Below are positions 9,886 through 18,248 of a DNA stretch of 64,000 bases, piece after piece. The stretch's first letter is position 1. Each line of letters begins with the position of its first letter. Both the position numbers and the translations under genes were made by a program. Below the pieces are notes generated by a model. It did not search any database and had not been told where the DNA came from. It saw nothing but the letters and a program-made list of their open reading frames with translations. The stretch covers positions 1,810 to 65,809 of the forward strand of contig JAUIAM010000014.1 in NCBI GenBank assembly GCA_030425485.1. Direction: 5' to 3'. Source of the stretch: Verrucomicrobiia bacterium (GTDB lineage: Bacteria > Verrucomicrobiota > Verrucomicrobiia > Opitutales > Cerasicoccaceae).

Positions 9886-10545
9886 ATGCCGACCATCATC
9901 ATCACCGGTAACGACACCGGGGTGGGCAAGACCCGCGTGAGTGCTGCGCTGGCCCGTGAGCTGTCTGCGCACGGCAGCGTGCAGGTAGTCAAGCCGGTGG
10001 AAACGGGCGTTGCACCGGGCGGGCAGGGCGACGTCGAGTCTGTCTTGGCCCAAGCAGGAGCGGGCGTTGCGGGGCACACCCTGATGCGCTTCCATGAGCC
10101 CATGGCTCCGGCTGCGTCTGCCGCGCTGGAGGGCGTGCGTCTGCAATTGGCTGACTTACTCGAAGCCTACCGGGCACTAGCGCCGGCGGATTTTCGTCTG
10201 GTGGAGGGCGCGGGGGGCATCGCCTCTCCTCTGGATGCGGACGGGCTCGACCTGTGCGACTTTGCCAAGGCCGTGGAGGCTGACTTCATCGTTGCCGTGG
10301 TTGAGGACCGCCTCGGGGCGATTAACCAGGCGCGGCTGACCCACGCCTACGCCGCGGAGCTGGGCGTACCGGTCTACCTTTGGCTGAACGCCACTAGCCG
10401 GCAATGCGAGGCGATTTTACGCTCCAATCGTGAAGGCATCGCGGCGAGTGGGCTGACACTTTGCGCTGAGCTGGCTTGCGGGCAGGATGTTCCGGTTTGG
10501 CATGCGCAGCCCTGGCTCGGTGCCCAACCATCCCGATCCGCATGA
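9886..10545 (+). CDS. bioD: Dethiobiotin synthetase
   Basis: The N-terminal P-loop IIITGNDTGVGKT, ...VEGAGG... and operon context. Confidence 0.85.
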   Translation: MPTIIITGNDTGVGKTRVSAALARELSAHGSVQVVKPVETGVAPGGQGDVESVLAQAGAGVAGHTLMRFHEPMAPAASAALEGVRLQLADLLEAYRALAPADFRLVEGAGGIASPLDADGLDLCDFAKAVEADFIVAVVEDRLGAINQARLTHAYAAELGVPVYLWLNATSRQCEAILRSNREGIAASGLTLCAELACGQDVPVWHAQPWLGAQPSRSA

Positions 10546-11672
10546 GGCAAAAACTGGAATCGCGGATCGATGCTGCGCTGGACCAACGCGTTGCTGCCGG
10601 GTTGGAGCGTGTGCTCAAGGTGCGTGCGTCGCACGAGGCGCTGCTCGACCTGGCTAACAACGATTATCTGCGCCTATCGCAGCATCCGCAGGTCAAGGCC
10701 GCGGCGATGGCGGCGATTGAGCGCTGGGGGTGTTCGTCCTCGGCTTCGCCGCTCATCACGGGCTTTACCGAGGCGCACGCTGAGTTGCTCGACACCCTAA
10801 AAAGCTGGTACGGATTTCGCGCGGGCATGCTCTGGAACACCGGATACGCGGCCAATCAGGCCGTGCTGGGAAAGCTGCCCCAACGCGGTGATCTGGTGCT
10901 GGCCGACCGCTTGATTCACAACAGCATGATCTCGGGTTTGCTGAGCTCGGGGGCGCGATTGCAGCGCTATCGCCACCTGGACCTGAAGCATTTGGCATCG
11001 CTGTTGGCCGAAACCGAAAAGGAAGAGCGCACGGTATTTGTCGTGACGGAGTCGGTCTACAGCATGGACGGGGACTACCCGGATTTGCAGGCAATGGCCG
11101 AACTGAAGCGGCGCCATGGCTTTGTGTGGATTGTGGACGAGGCCCACGCTATCGGCTGGTATGGCCAGACGGGCAGTGGGCTGGTCGAGGCGACTGGGGT
11201 AGCCGCTGAAGTGGATGTGCTTGTCGGCACACTGGGCAAGGGGCTGGGCTCGATGGGGGCTTTTACGCTTTTTCGGGATGAGCGGTTGGAGCGTTATCTG
11301 ACGCATTTTGCGGGAGAGTTTATCTACTCCACCTACCTGCCGCCCGCGTGCGCAGCGGCGGCACAGGCAGCGGTCGAGATTATTGCAAATGCGGCCGGGC
11401 AGGCTGAGCGCTTGCAGGCCATGTCGCGCAAAATACGCCGCGCCATCTACAAAGCGCCGGTGGGCGATGCGCCCATCATCCCGGTGCGGACGGATGACCC
11501 CGTGGCGGTGGCCAGTACCTTGTGCGCGGCAGGCTATCGCGTTGGCGCGATTCGTCCGCCTACCGTACCCCAGGGAGAGGCCCGCCTGCGGATTTCTTTA
11601 AACGCCAACCTGAGCGAGCACGAGCTGACTCGTCTGGCCGAAACCATTAACGCCGAGACGACATGCGGGTAA
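10542..11672 (+). CDS. bioF: 8-amino-7-oxononanoate synthase
   Basis: The alpha-oxoamine synthase pattern NDYLRLS..., DEAHAIG and GTLGKGLGSMG (PLP lysine). ATG 10542 overlaps the bioD stop (ATGA), so the ORF-track start at 10476 is an in-frame extension. Confidence 0.9.
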   Translation: MRQKLESRIDAALDQRVAAGLERVLKVRASHEALLDLANNDYLRLSQHPQVKAAAMAAIERWGCSSSASPLITGFTEAHAELLDTLKSWYGFRAGMLWNTGYAANQAVLGKLPQRGDLVLADRLIHNSMISGLLSSGARLQRYRHLDLKHLASLLAETEKEERTVFVVTESVYSMDGDYPDLQAMAELKRRHGFVWIVDEAHAIGWYGQTGSGLVEATGVAAEVDVLVGTLGKGLGSMGAFTLFRDERLERYLTHFAGEFIYSTYLPPACAAAAQAAVEIIANAAGQAERLQAMSRKIRRAIYKAPVGDAPIIPVRTDDPVAVASTLCAAGYRVGAIRPPTVPQGEARLRISLNANLSEHELTRLAETINAETTCG

Positions 11673-12262
11673 GCTGGATCGGAGGCTGGGGGCTGCCCGA
11701 GCACTACACGCGGGGCATTGCCGAGTCGGTTTTGCCGCAGGCCGAGCACACGGTGTATCTGCCTACGCAAGCAGGGATGGATTCTCTCGATGGCGACTGC
11801 GATGCGCTGGTGGCCTATTCGCTCGGGACGTTTCTCTACCTGCGTGAAGCAAAAAAAGTGGCTCCGCAGTGCAAGATCGTGCTGGTCGCGCCATTTGGTG
11901 ACTTTCGCCTGGAGTCGGGTCGAGGGGGCAAAACGCAGACCACCAAAGTGCGCTTTTTGCTGCGCTGGCTGCGTCGGGACCCACGGGCCGCGTTGGCAGA
12001 TTTTTATCACCGGTCCGGGCTCAACCTGCCCGCGCCAGAGGACTTGCCCTACGCAGTGGAAGACCTGAGCTGGGGGATCGAGCAACTGGCCGAAACCGAG
12101 CTGCCCGTTGCCATCCACGAGGAGGTGGCGCTTGTCGGTGATGCGGACGCCCTGCTCGCGCACGCGCCGTTAGCCGAGGAGTTTTCCCGGTTGGAGGTGG
12201 TGTCCGGCGCGGGGCATGATCTGGGGGATTTTAGAAAGGAGCTGCGTGATGCGCTTTCGTGA
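11663..12262 (+). CDS. Minimal alpha/beta-hydrolase, probable pimeloyl-ACP methyl ester esterase (BioG/BioH-type)
   Basis: 199 aa with IGGWGLP, nucleophile elbow AYSLG, GDADAL and GAGHDL. It sits between bioF and bioC and overlaps both. It lacks the lid size of BioH and resembles BioG (DUF452) from memory. Confidence 0.55.
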   Translation: MRVSWIGGWGLPEHYTRGIAESVLPQAEHTVYLPTQAGMDSLDGDCDALVAYSLGTFLYLREAKKVAPQCKIVLVAPFGDFRLESGRGGKTQTTKVRFLLRWLRRDPRAALADFYHRSGLNLPAPEDLPYAVEDLSWGIEQLAETELPVAIHEEVALVGDADALLAHAPLAEEFSRLEVVSGAGHDLGDFRKELRDALS

Positions 12263-12959
12263 GTGGGCGCATACCTACGACGATTACGCCTTTATTCAGC
12301 GTGATCTGGTGGAGTGGGGGCTGCGGTGGTTTCCGCCTGTCGGACGCTTTTCTGCTGCGCTTGAGTTGGGGGCGGGGACGGGGATGCTGACCCGGCATCT
12401 GGCGGCGCGCTTTGCCCAAGTGCAAGCGACAGACCTCGCTCCGGAGATGGTGCGCGTCGGTGCCCAAGCCGTGCCGGAGGCGAATTGGGGGGTGATGAAT
12501 GCCTGGGAGCCGAGTGGCGGCCCCTACGATTTTATCTGCTCCTCGAGTTTGCTGCAATGGGCGCCAGACCCGGCCCAGGTATTACAACACATGAAGCAGT
12601 GCCTCAAGCCCGGCGGTGAAATGACGCACCTGCTCTTTATCGTCCCCACCATGCCGGAGTTCGCCGCCATTGCGCCTGACTGGCAGCCGCTGACCTGGCG
12701 CGATGCGCAAACCTGGAAGCATGCCTTTGCCGAAGCGGGGCTGGAGGTGCGTCGTACGGAGGAGGATTCCCGTGCGGTCCACTTTACCGATTGCTGCGGG
12801 CTGCTACGCTTTATTCAGCGGACCGGGACCGCAGGGGGCGATTATGCGCGCCCGGCGCGCTTGCGGGAGTTTATGCGCGAGTATGACACGCGTTATGGCC
12901 GCGGAAAAGGCGTGCTCAGCACCTGGACTTTTTTCGCCATCACGGCCACGCGCCCGTAG
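12249..12959 (+). CDS. bioC: Malonyl-ACP O-methyltransferase
   Basis: YDDYAFIQRDL..., SAM motif LELGAGTGMLT, ...ATDLAPEMV. ATG 12249 overlaps the preceding gene end. Confidence 0.75.
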   Translation: MRFREWAHTYDDYAFIQRDLVEWGLRWFPPVGRFSAALELGAGTGMLTRHLAARFAQVQATDLAPEMVRVGAQAVPEANWGVMNAWEPSGGPYDFICSSSLLQWAPDPAQVLQHMKQCLKPGGEMTHLLFIVPTMPEFAAIAPDWQPLTWRDAQTWKHAFAEAGLEVRRTEEDSRAVHFTDCCGLLRFIQRTGTAGGDYARPARLREFMREYDTRYGRGKGVLSTWTFFAITATRP

Positions 12960-13105
12960 CGTTAAAGCGGCTTGGTCGTGTTATCTTCGCTGAGGTCCTC
13001 TCTAACATATTTACCGCAAAGTCGTAGAGTTGTAGCTGTCAATCGGAAGTGTACTTGTGTGCCTTCTATACTCTCTAGTGTCCTGTTACCGAAATGCTTG
13101 CTATA

Positions 13106-13254
13106 AAATTTGGGGGGCTATGCGCCCCCAACCCCCGCAGCAGGCATAGCCTGCACTTTCGATGCTACCGCATCGCGTCTGGGATTACGGCCATCAGCAT
13201 CGCTGATGGCCGTAATCCCAGAGGAGCATCCAAACTGGGTTGCACCCCAAACTT
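13106..13254. other. Nested stem-loop cluster (candidate structured RNA or REP-like palindromic element)
   Basis: The closing helix is AAATTTGGGG / CCCCAAACTT (9/10). It encloses three hairpins: GGCTATGC/GCATAGCC, CGATGC/GCATCG and a perfect 20-bp stem (13179-13198 / 13202-13221) with a 3-nt loop. Confidence 0.4.
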
Positions 13255-13280
13255 ATTCGAGAAACTTAGCTCACGGTACA

Positions 13281-13445
13281 CTAGGCCGTGTCTTCAAATT
13301 CATCAAGGTCGGTAGAAAAGGGTCTTTTCGCCTCTTTTTCCGTTTTCTCAGTTCATGAATCTGGATTCACACCACTTCGAAAGCCGAAAAAATCCTCAAA
13401 ATTACCTCTTTTTCCCTCGTTTCTTAATTTGAAGACACGACCTAG
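13281..13445. repeat. MITE-like 165-bp unit bounded by 20-nt inverted repeats
   Basis: CTAGGCCGTGTCTTCAAATT (13281-13300) and AATTTGAAGACACGACCTAG (13426-13445) are 19/20 complementary. The interior is about 35% GC and contains a direct repeat CCTCTTTTTCC (13331-13341, 13405-13415). Confidence 0.35.
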
Positions 13446-13492
13446 AGCATTTTTCGGAAATAGTATGTTAGCACAGCACATTTGCTGGGCAC

Positions 13493-13519
13493 AAAAAAGC
13501 CCCGGCGTGATGCCGGGGC
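13493..13519 (-). terminator. Rho-independent terminator of the fecR-like gene
   Basis: On the minus strand it reads GCCCCGGC-ATCAC-GCCGGGGC followed by TTTTTT. It lies 36 nt downstream of the stop at 13555. Confidence 0.85.
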
Positions 13520-13554
13520 TTGAAAATGAATCAGAAGATTATCTTTCCGTCGGA

Positions 13555-14370
13555 TTAGTTACCGGCGGGGGAGATCAGCTCGTCATCGGGCTTGTCAGGC
13601 TGGGGAGTGGGTGCTGGCGGTCCGGGAGGGTCAAACTCCTGAGTCTCAGTTTCGAGGTCTTCGAGCGCTTCCACCATGCCTTCGGGCAGGGAGTCGAGCT
13701 TTTCACTGTTGTTGATGGTGACGTTGCCGTCAGCGTCAACCGTACCGGTCACGGTGATGGATTCGCCGTCAGCCAGTTCGCCGCCTTCGATCTGGATATC
13801 GTAGGTCATGCCACCTTCTTGCTTGGCGAAGGTCACGGTGTAAGTTTCGCCGTCAACCTCAACAGTTGTACCGAACTTGGTGCCACGGATACCAGCAGAG
13901 CCGATGGGGGTGTCGATAGCGTAAGTGGACTGCGGGTTGAGCTTCTTGGTTTCACCGACGAAGGAACCGCTCTTGAGGTTGAAGCGTGTGTTGGAGACGC
14001 TCGGGTCAGCGGTGAGGGTGAAGTATTCACCGATTTCCGGGTCGTATGCGCCCTGCTTGAACTCGGCAACGTCCATTTCAGTATTTTCACTGATACGGAG
14101 GGAGGAACCGTTCGAAAGCACGATAACGCAAGCGGACTTGGCACCGGTTACGATGGTGGTGTTCTCGCGGAAGATGTCGCCTTTCTTAAGCGGCTTGGAT
14201 TCACCCGAATCGTTGTTGATGAGGGTGACGTCACCGCGCGTGATGATCACTTTGATGTTGCCGGGGACCGGCATCTCAGGAGCGACGATTTGATCGCTGG
14301 ATTGCGCACTCAATGCCAGTGGAAAAAGCAAAGCTGCGATAGCGGAAATGCTAAGAATTTTTTTAATCAT
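13555..14370 (-). CDS. Secreted FecR-domain protein
   Basis: Signal peptide MIKKILSISAIAALLFPLALSAQS. FecR-like pattern ...KKGDIF...TGAKSACVIVLSNGSSLRISENT...TPIGSAGIRGTKFG.... The C-terminal tail is Pro-rich. Confidence 0.6.
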   Translation of the reverse strand: MIKKILSISAIAALLFPLALSAQSSDQIVAPEMPVPGNIKVIITRGDVTLINNDSGESKPLKKGDIFRENTTIVTGAKSACVIVLSNGSSLRISENTEMDVAEFKQGAYDPEIGEYFTLTADPSVSNTRFNLKSGSFVGETKKLNPQSTYAIDTPIGSAGIRGTKFGTTVEVDGETYTVTFAKQEGGMTYDIQIEGGELADGESITVTGTVDADGNVTINNSEKLDSLPEGMVEALEDLETETQEFDPPGPPAPTPQPDKPDDELISPAGN

Positions 14371-14549
14371 GATTGCAGGTAGATGATTGATTTTCAGGTA
14401 TTATCAAGGTGTTACACTAGCCCTCTGTCGAATGCGTGGCAAGCAAAATGTCTCAAGCATATGCTTCATTCTTACTGAGAAAACGCACCAGCGGCGTGTG
14501 ATTTGTCTGGCAGCGGCTATCAAGCATCCTTAACTTATCGCAAATTCGC

Positions 14550-15314
14550 ATGCAGGTTCTTGGAATAGATATAGGTGGAACGGGTATCAAGGGATGCCCC
14601 GTGTGTACGGAAACCGGCGAAATGCTCGGTGAACGCTATCGCATTCCGACTCCGGCGGAAGCGACCGAAGAGGCTATTCTGGATACGGTCCAGAGCATTG
14701 CCAAGGAGTTTTCCTGGAAAGGGCCAGTGGGCTGCGGCTATCCTGGTGTGGTGCATCGTGGCGTGATTCACTCGGCGGCAAACCTGGACAAGTCCCTCAT
14801 CGGGGTGGACCTGGCCAAAGGCTTGGGCAGCCGCGTGGGCCGACCGGCCTGGGTAGTCAATGATGCGGATGCGGCCGGACTGGCCGAGATGCGCTTTGGT
14901 GCCGGCAAGGACGAGCGTGGCGTGGTCATCATGCTGACGATTGGCACCGGGATTGGTACGGCTTTGTTTGTCGACGGGCACATGGTGCCCAATCTTGAGC
15001 TGGGTCATGTAAAAATGCGCCTGCACAAAGACCCGAAGTATCAGGATGCGGAAAAGCTGGTGGCGGATTCCGCCCGCAGGAAAGCCGACCTGAGCTGGAA
15101 GCAGTGGGCCAAGCGTTTTAACCGCTATCTGGCCTACATGGAAAAACTGCTCAACCCGGACCTGATACTGCTAGGGGGTGGGGCAGCTAAAAAGGGTGAT
15201 AAGTTTATGAAATACCTGGAGGCGCAGGCATCCATCAAGACTGCGACGCTGGAAAACCGCGCGGGCATCATCGGCGCGGCCCTGGCCTCGCGGGTATACG
15301 GCGATGTCGGCTAG
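14550..15314 (+). CDS. ppgK: ROK-family polyphosphate/ATP glucokinase
   Basis: [14 protein letters not shown]...GERYRIPTP and [11 protein letters not shown]. The length and motifs are typical of actinobacterial-type PpgK. Confidence 0.7.
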   Translation: MQVLGIDIGGTGIKGCPVCTETGEMLGERYRIPTPAEATEEAILDTVQSIAKEFSWKGPVGCGYPGVVHRGVIHSAANLDKSLIGVDLAKGLGSRVGRPAWVVNDADAAGLAEMRFGAGKDERGVVIMLTIGTGIGTALFVDGHMVPNLELGHVKMRLHKDPKYQDAEKLVADSARRKADLSWKQWAKRFNRYLAYMEKLLNPDLILLGGGAAKKGDKFMKYLEAQASIKTATLENRAGIIGAALASRVYGDVG

Positions 15315-15350
15315 GCAGAGCCCAATACGTCTATAACGTGTACGTAGGTA

Positions 15351-15842
15351 TTATAGCGGTGCTTGCTGGCCGTTGCGCTTGGCGCGTTCGTTGATTTCGT
15401 CAATCACTTCGGGCCCGTAGATTTCTTCGAGTTTTTGCTTTCGCAGGGCTACGGCCAACTCGAAGGCTTTTTCTTCGCCGTACTTACGGATGGAGAATGA
15501 GGTGCACTTTTGTTTGCCGGGTGCGGGGCGCCAACTGACCGAATAGCACTCGGTGGTTCTTCCCTTGGAGTCGGTCTTCTTTGTGCGGCTTACCCCCAGT
15601 ACCCCGGTGGTGTTTCGGCTGTCGCGAAAAACGATACGACGGGCACGGGGTTTGGAGGGGATTTGCTCTAGTTCATTATAGAGTTCATCCCTATATTTGA
15701 TTGCGGTTTCATAGGCCTCTTCGCGACCTCCGCATTTGCGGTCACTAAAGAGTTTGGAGTAGGTTTTTCCGTTTCTGTATCCACGTACGAACCAACCGTG
15801 CGTGGAGCCTGAGTCAATTCTGCTGATGCCTTTCTCTGTCAT
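15351..15842 (-). CDS. Tandem AP2-domain DNA-binding protein
   Basis: There are two AP2-like units. The first is GISRIDSGSTHGWFVRGYRNGKTYSKLFSDRKCGGREEAYETAIKYRDEL. The second is GVSRTKK...CYSVSWRPAPGKQKCTSFSIRKYGEEKAFELAVALRKQ. No nuclease domain is present. ATG 15842 is preferred and a TTG at 15902 is possible. Part of the gene counts only about 37% GC (15661-15720). Confidence 0.6.
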   Translation of the reverse strand: MTEKGISRIDSGSTHGWFVRGYRNGKTYSKLFSDRKCGGREEAYETAIKYRDELYNELEQIPSKPRARRIVFRDSRNTTGVLGVSRTKKTDSKGRTTECYSVSWRPAPGKQKCTSFSIRKYGEEKAFELAVALRKQKLEEIYGPEVIDEINERAKRNGQQAPL

Positions 15843-16267
15843 GCGTATGTAGTTGGTAGTAAGTGCTCTATGGTTAATCCATTTTTCCTGCTTGTGGAGC
15901 AACCGGCATCACCGCGTATACCCTGCTAGAGGATAAGGTGGGCGTATGGGGTTATTAACTAATCGTAACGTAGTTATAATTAGCGTTAGTTTTGGTCATC
16001 AATAAGGTGGCAATAACTGATCTTTTTCTGGTGATGGGGTTGGTTAGCAACATGTTCATCACTACAATCGGAGTATCAGGTGAATTCCTTAGCAAAAAAA
16101 ATGGGAATATTATTGAGATCGTCCAGGTGGCATAATTTTAGCTTGGTTTTTACTGGCTGGGCAGGATTTGAAGCTTGCTGGAATCAGTATTTCTCAGTAA
16201 AACACCTGACATGAATTGGTGAACAAAGTGCATATCGCTTTGTCCAATTTAATGCTCAAGTCTGTCC

Positions 16268-16771
16268 ATGCGCTCTCTTATAAACAGAATGACGGGCAAC
16301 CATGCCCGCGTCCTTGCTTCCCTGCAGGAGACGGAAGTCATACCCAACCAGGATGAAAAGGCCTGGATCGGGGTAGACCTCGACGGCACCTTGGCCAAAT
16401 TCAAAACCTGGAAGGGGCTCAAGCACGTAGGCCGTGCGATACCCTCCATGGTAGCGCGGATCAAGCGCTGGCAAGCTGCTGGCTACACGGTGAAAATCAT
16501 TACAGCGCGGGCGACCCTGCCGGAGTCGATCCCGGCCATCCAAAAATGGCTGCGTAAGCAGGGGCTTGAGCGGGTAGAGGTATCCAGCCGTATCGATATG
16601 CATATGGTGGAGTTGTGGGATGATCGCGCAGTCCATGTGCGCCAGAATTCCGGCATCCCCATGCGCAACCCCTCCGTGATGGCGCGTCCGCGTGCGCCGC
16701 TGTTAGAGGAAGCCTTCCCGCACGAAGAGCGCCCGCAGCTGTCATTTTTAGCACCCCGCGTTCACGGGTGA
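16268..16771 (+). CDS. Small HAD-superfamily phosphatase-like protein
   Basis: HAD motif I GVDLDGTLA, motif II KIITAR and an acidic motif LWDDRAV. About 167 aa with no cap domain. Confidence 0.5.
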   Translation: MRSLINRMTGNHARVLASLQETEVIPNQDEKAWIGVDLDGTLAKFKTWKGLKHVGRAIPSMVARIKRWQAAGYTVKIITARATLPESIPAIQKWLRKQGLERVEVSSRIDMHMVELWDDRAVHVRQNSGIPMRNPSVMARPRAPLLEEAFPHEERPQLSFLAPRVHG

Positions 16772-16780
16772 TTTTGTACC

Positions 16781-16930
16781 ATGACCAACCTGTTAAAACA
16801 AAGTACCTTTTGCACCACGGGCCTACTTCTGGCCCTTGTTGTTGCTGTCGTCTTCCTTATCGGGGCGATAGCTAACCATCGCGCTCACGCCAGTGATGTC
16901 GTTGTGATTGAGGAAAGCCAGCAACCGTAG
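16781..16930 (+). CDS. Hypothetical 49-aa single-TM protein
   Basis: ATG lies 10 nt after the stop of the HAD-like gene. Translation is MTNLLKQSTFCTTGLLLALVVAVVFLIGAIANHRAHASDVVVIEESQQP, one clear hydrophobic helix. It is below the ORF-track length cutoff. Confidence 0.3.
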   Translation: MTNLLKQSTFCTTGLLLALVVAVVFLIGAIANHRAHASDVVVIEESQQP

Positions 16931-17134
16931 GTTTTGTCTCCAGGCTTCGAGATGGAGCGGCACATGGCATTGTTGTATGCGACCACGGCTTTTTCAAGCG
17001 TCTCCTCATGTGGTATTAAACTCTAATACAGGGGAGATGGAATGCACGATGAGTTGTAAATCCCCAGTTTTTGCGGCATGAGTCGCATTTGCCTAGGCGC
17101 TGTGTGGAGTAAATAGGCGCACCGCAAGCACACC

Positions 17135-18124
17135 CTAGGCCGTTTCGGTCTGCTTGATTGCTTCGATGACGGCTTGGTGCCACTTGCCGTTGGTCGCTAC
17201 GACGCCGCGATTGCTACGCAGGGTGCGCCCCAGGCTGAAGTCCAGCGGCTTGCCGTCGATGTCGGTCACGCATCCGCCTGCTTCCTGCACAATAATGCAG
17301 CCGGCGGCGTGGTCCCAAATTTTCTCCTGATAGCCCGGGCGAGTGGGGAGGCGCAGGTAGATGTCGGCTTCACCGCGGGCGATGGCGGCGTACTTGCACT
17401 GGCTGTCCATGCGGACGGAGGGCTTCGTGATGCCCAGAGTTTGGGCAACGCCTTCGGCCCAGTCGTGGCGGGAGTGGCCGCTTTCTACCGATTCGCAGAA
17501 GCAGGCCGAGGCGGGGTCCGTCGTCCCGGTGACGCGGATTGCGCCCGCGTCTTGGCCGTCGAGAGAGTAGGCCCGCGCGCCTTGTCCCTTAACGGCGACA
17601 AAGAGTGATCCCACTGCATCGGGTTGCGCGGGGTTGAGTGGAAACTGCGGGCATCCCAGCACGCCGAGAACGGGCTCGCCGTCTTCGATCAGGGCCAGGG
17701 CGATGGCGTATTGGTCGTTGCGGAGAAAGCCCTTGGTGCCGTCGATCGGGTCGAGAGTCCAGAATCGCCCGCTGGCACCGCCGGTGTGATTGCCACGGTC
17801 AATGGTGGCCAGAATGTCGCTCTCGCTCAGGGCGGGGAGTTGGTGCTGCACTTCGCTGATCACGCGCTCCTTCAGTCCCTGGTTGGCGGCATCTTTTAGC
17901 TCGGCAGAGTCTTCTTCGGCCACGATTGGGTCATCGGGAAAGGCTTGTCTCAGGTGGTGCAGGACGAGGGCCTGCGCGCCAAAGTCGGCAATCGTCACGG
18001 GGGATTTATCCTGCTTGGTCATGGCGCCGCCACTGGCCAGTTCGCTACGGATGCGGCTGCAAAGGATGGCGGCTTCGCGCACGGTGGAAATTGCGGTCTT
18101 ACGAGCTTGTTCGAATTTATTCAT
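17135..18124 (-). CDS. cysQ: 3'(2'),5'-bisphosphate nucleotidase (HAL2/CysQ, inositol monophosphatase family)
   Basis: EEDS..., WTLDPIDGTKGF and WDHAAG motifs. ATG 18124 (MNKFEQ...) is preferred over TTG 18169. Confidence 0.7.
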   Translation of the reverse strand: MNKFEQARKTAISTVREAAILCSRIRSELASGGAMTKQDKSPVTIADFGAQALVLHHLRQAFPDDPIVAEEDSAELKDAANQGLKERVISEVQHQLPALSESDILATIDRGNHTGGASGRFWTLDPIDGTKGFLRNDQYAIALALIEDGEPVLGVLGCPQFPLNPAQPDAVGSLFVAVKGQGARAYSLDGQDAGAIRVTGTTDPASACFCESVESGHSRHDWAEGVAQTLGITKPSVRMDSQCKYAAIARGEADIYLRLPTRPGYQEKIWDHAAGCIIVQEAGGCVTDIDGKPLDFSLGRTLRSNRGVVATNGKWHQAVIEAIKQTETA

Positions 18125-18248
18125 AGGCCAAAAAGTGATTATTAGCCATGCTTCATCCTTGTTGTCCAAAAGAAAATGGCTAAGCTTTTTATTATTAGGG
18201 TTTAGCCCCCGGCGTTCGGCTCGATAATAGAAGAAACATTCTCAACTT

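Noticed and set aside
13179-13221. Resemblance of CTGGGATTACGGCC to the human Alu core (CTGGGATTACAGGC), which could indicate contamination.
   Set aside because: Only about 13 nt are similar. The sequence is a perfect local palindrome embedded in contiguous bacterial sequence, and no further Alu sequence follows.
13094-13358. Two overlapping small ORFs (73 and 82 aa) over the hairpin cluster.
   Set aside because: Their sequences are dictated by the palindromes (for example LGLRPSASLMAVIP is the two arms of the 20-bp stem). There is no RBS-like context and the frames overlap.
13288-14382. 364-aa plus-strand ORF spanning the fecR-like locus and extending into the AT-rich spacer.
   Set aside because: The minus-strand gene has a signal peptide, a FecR-like motif and its own strong terminator. 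The plus-strand ORF has no start context or motifs and crosses the MITE-like unit.
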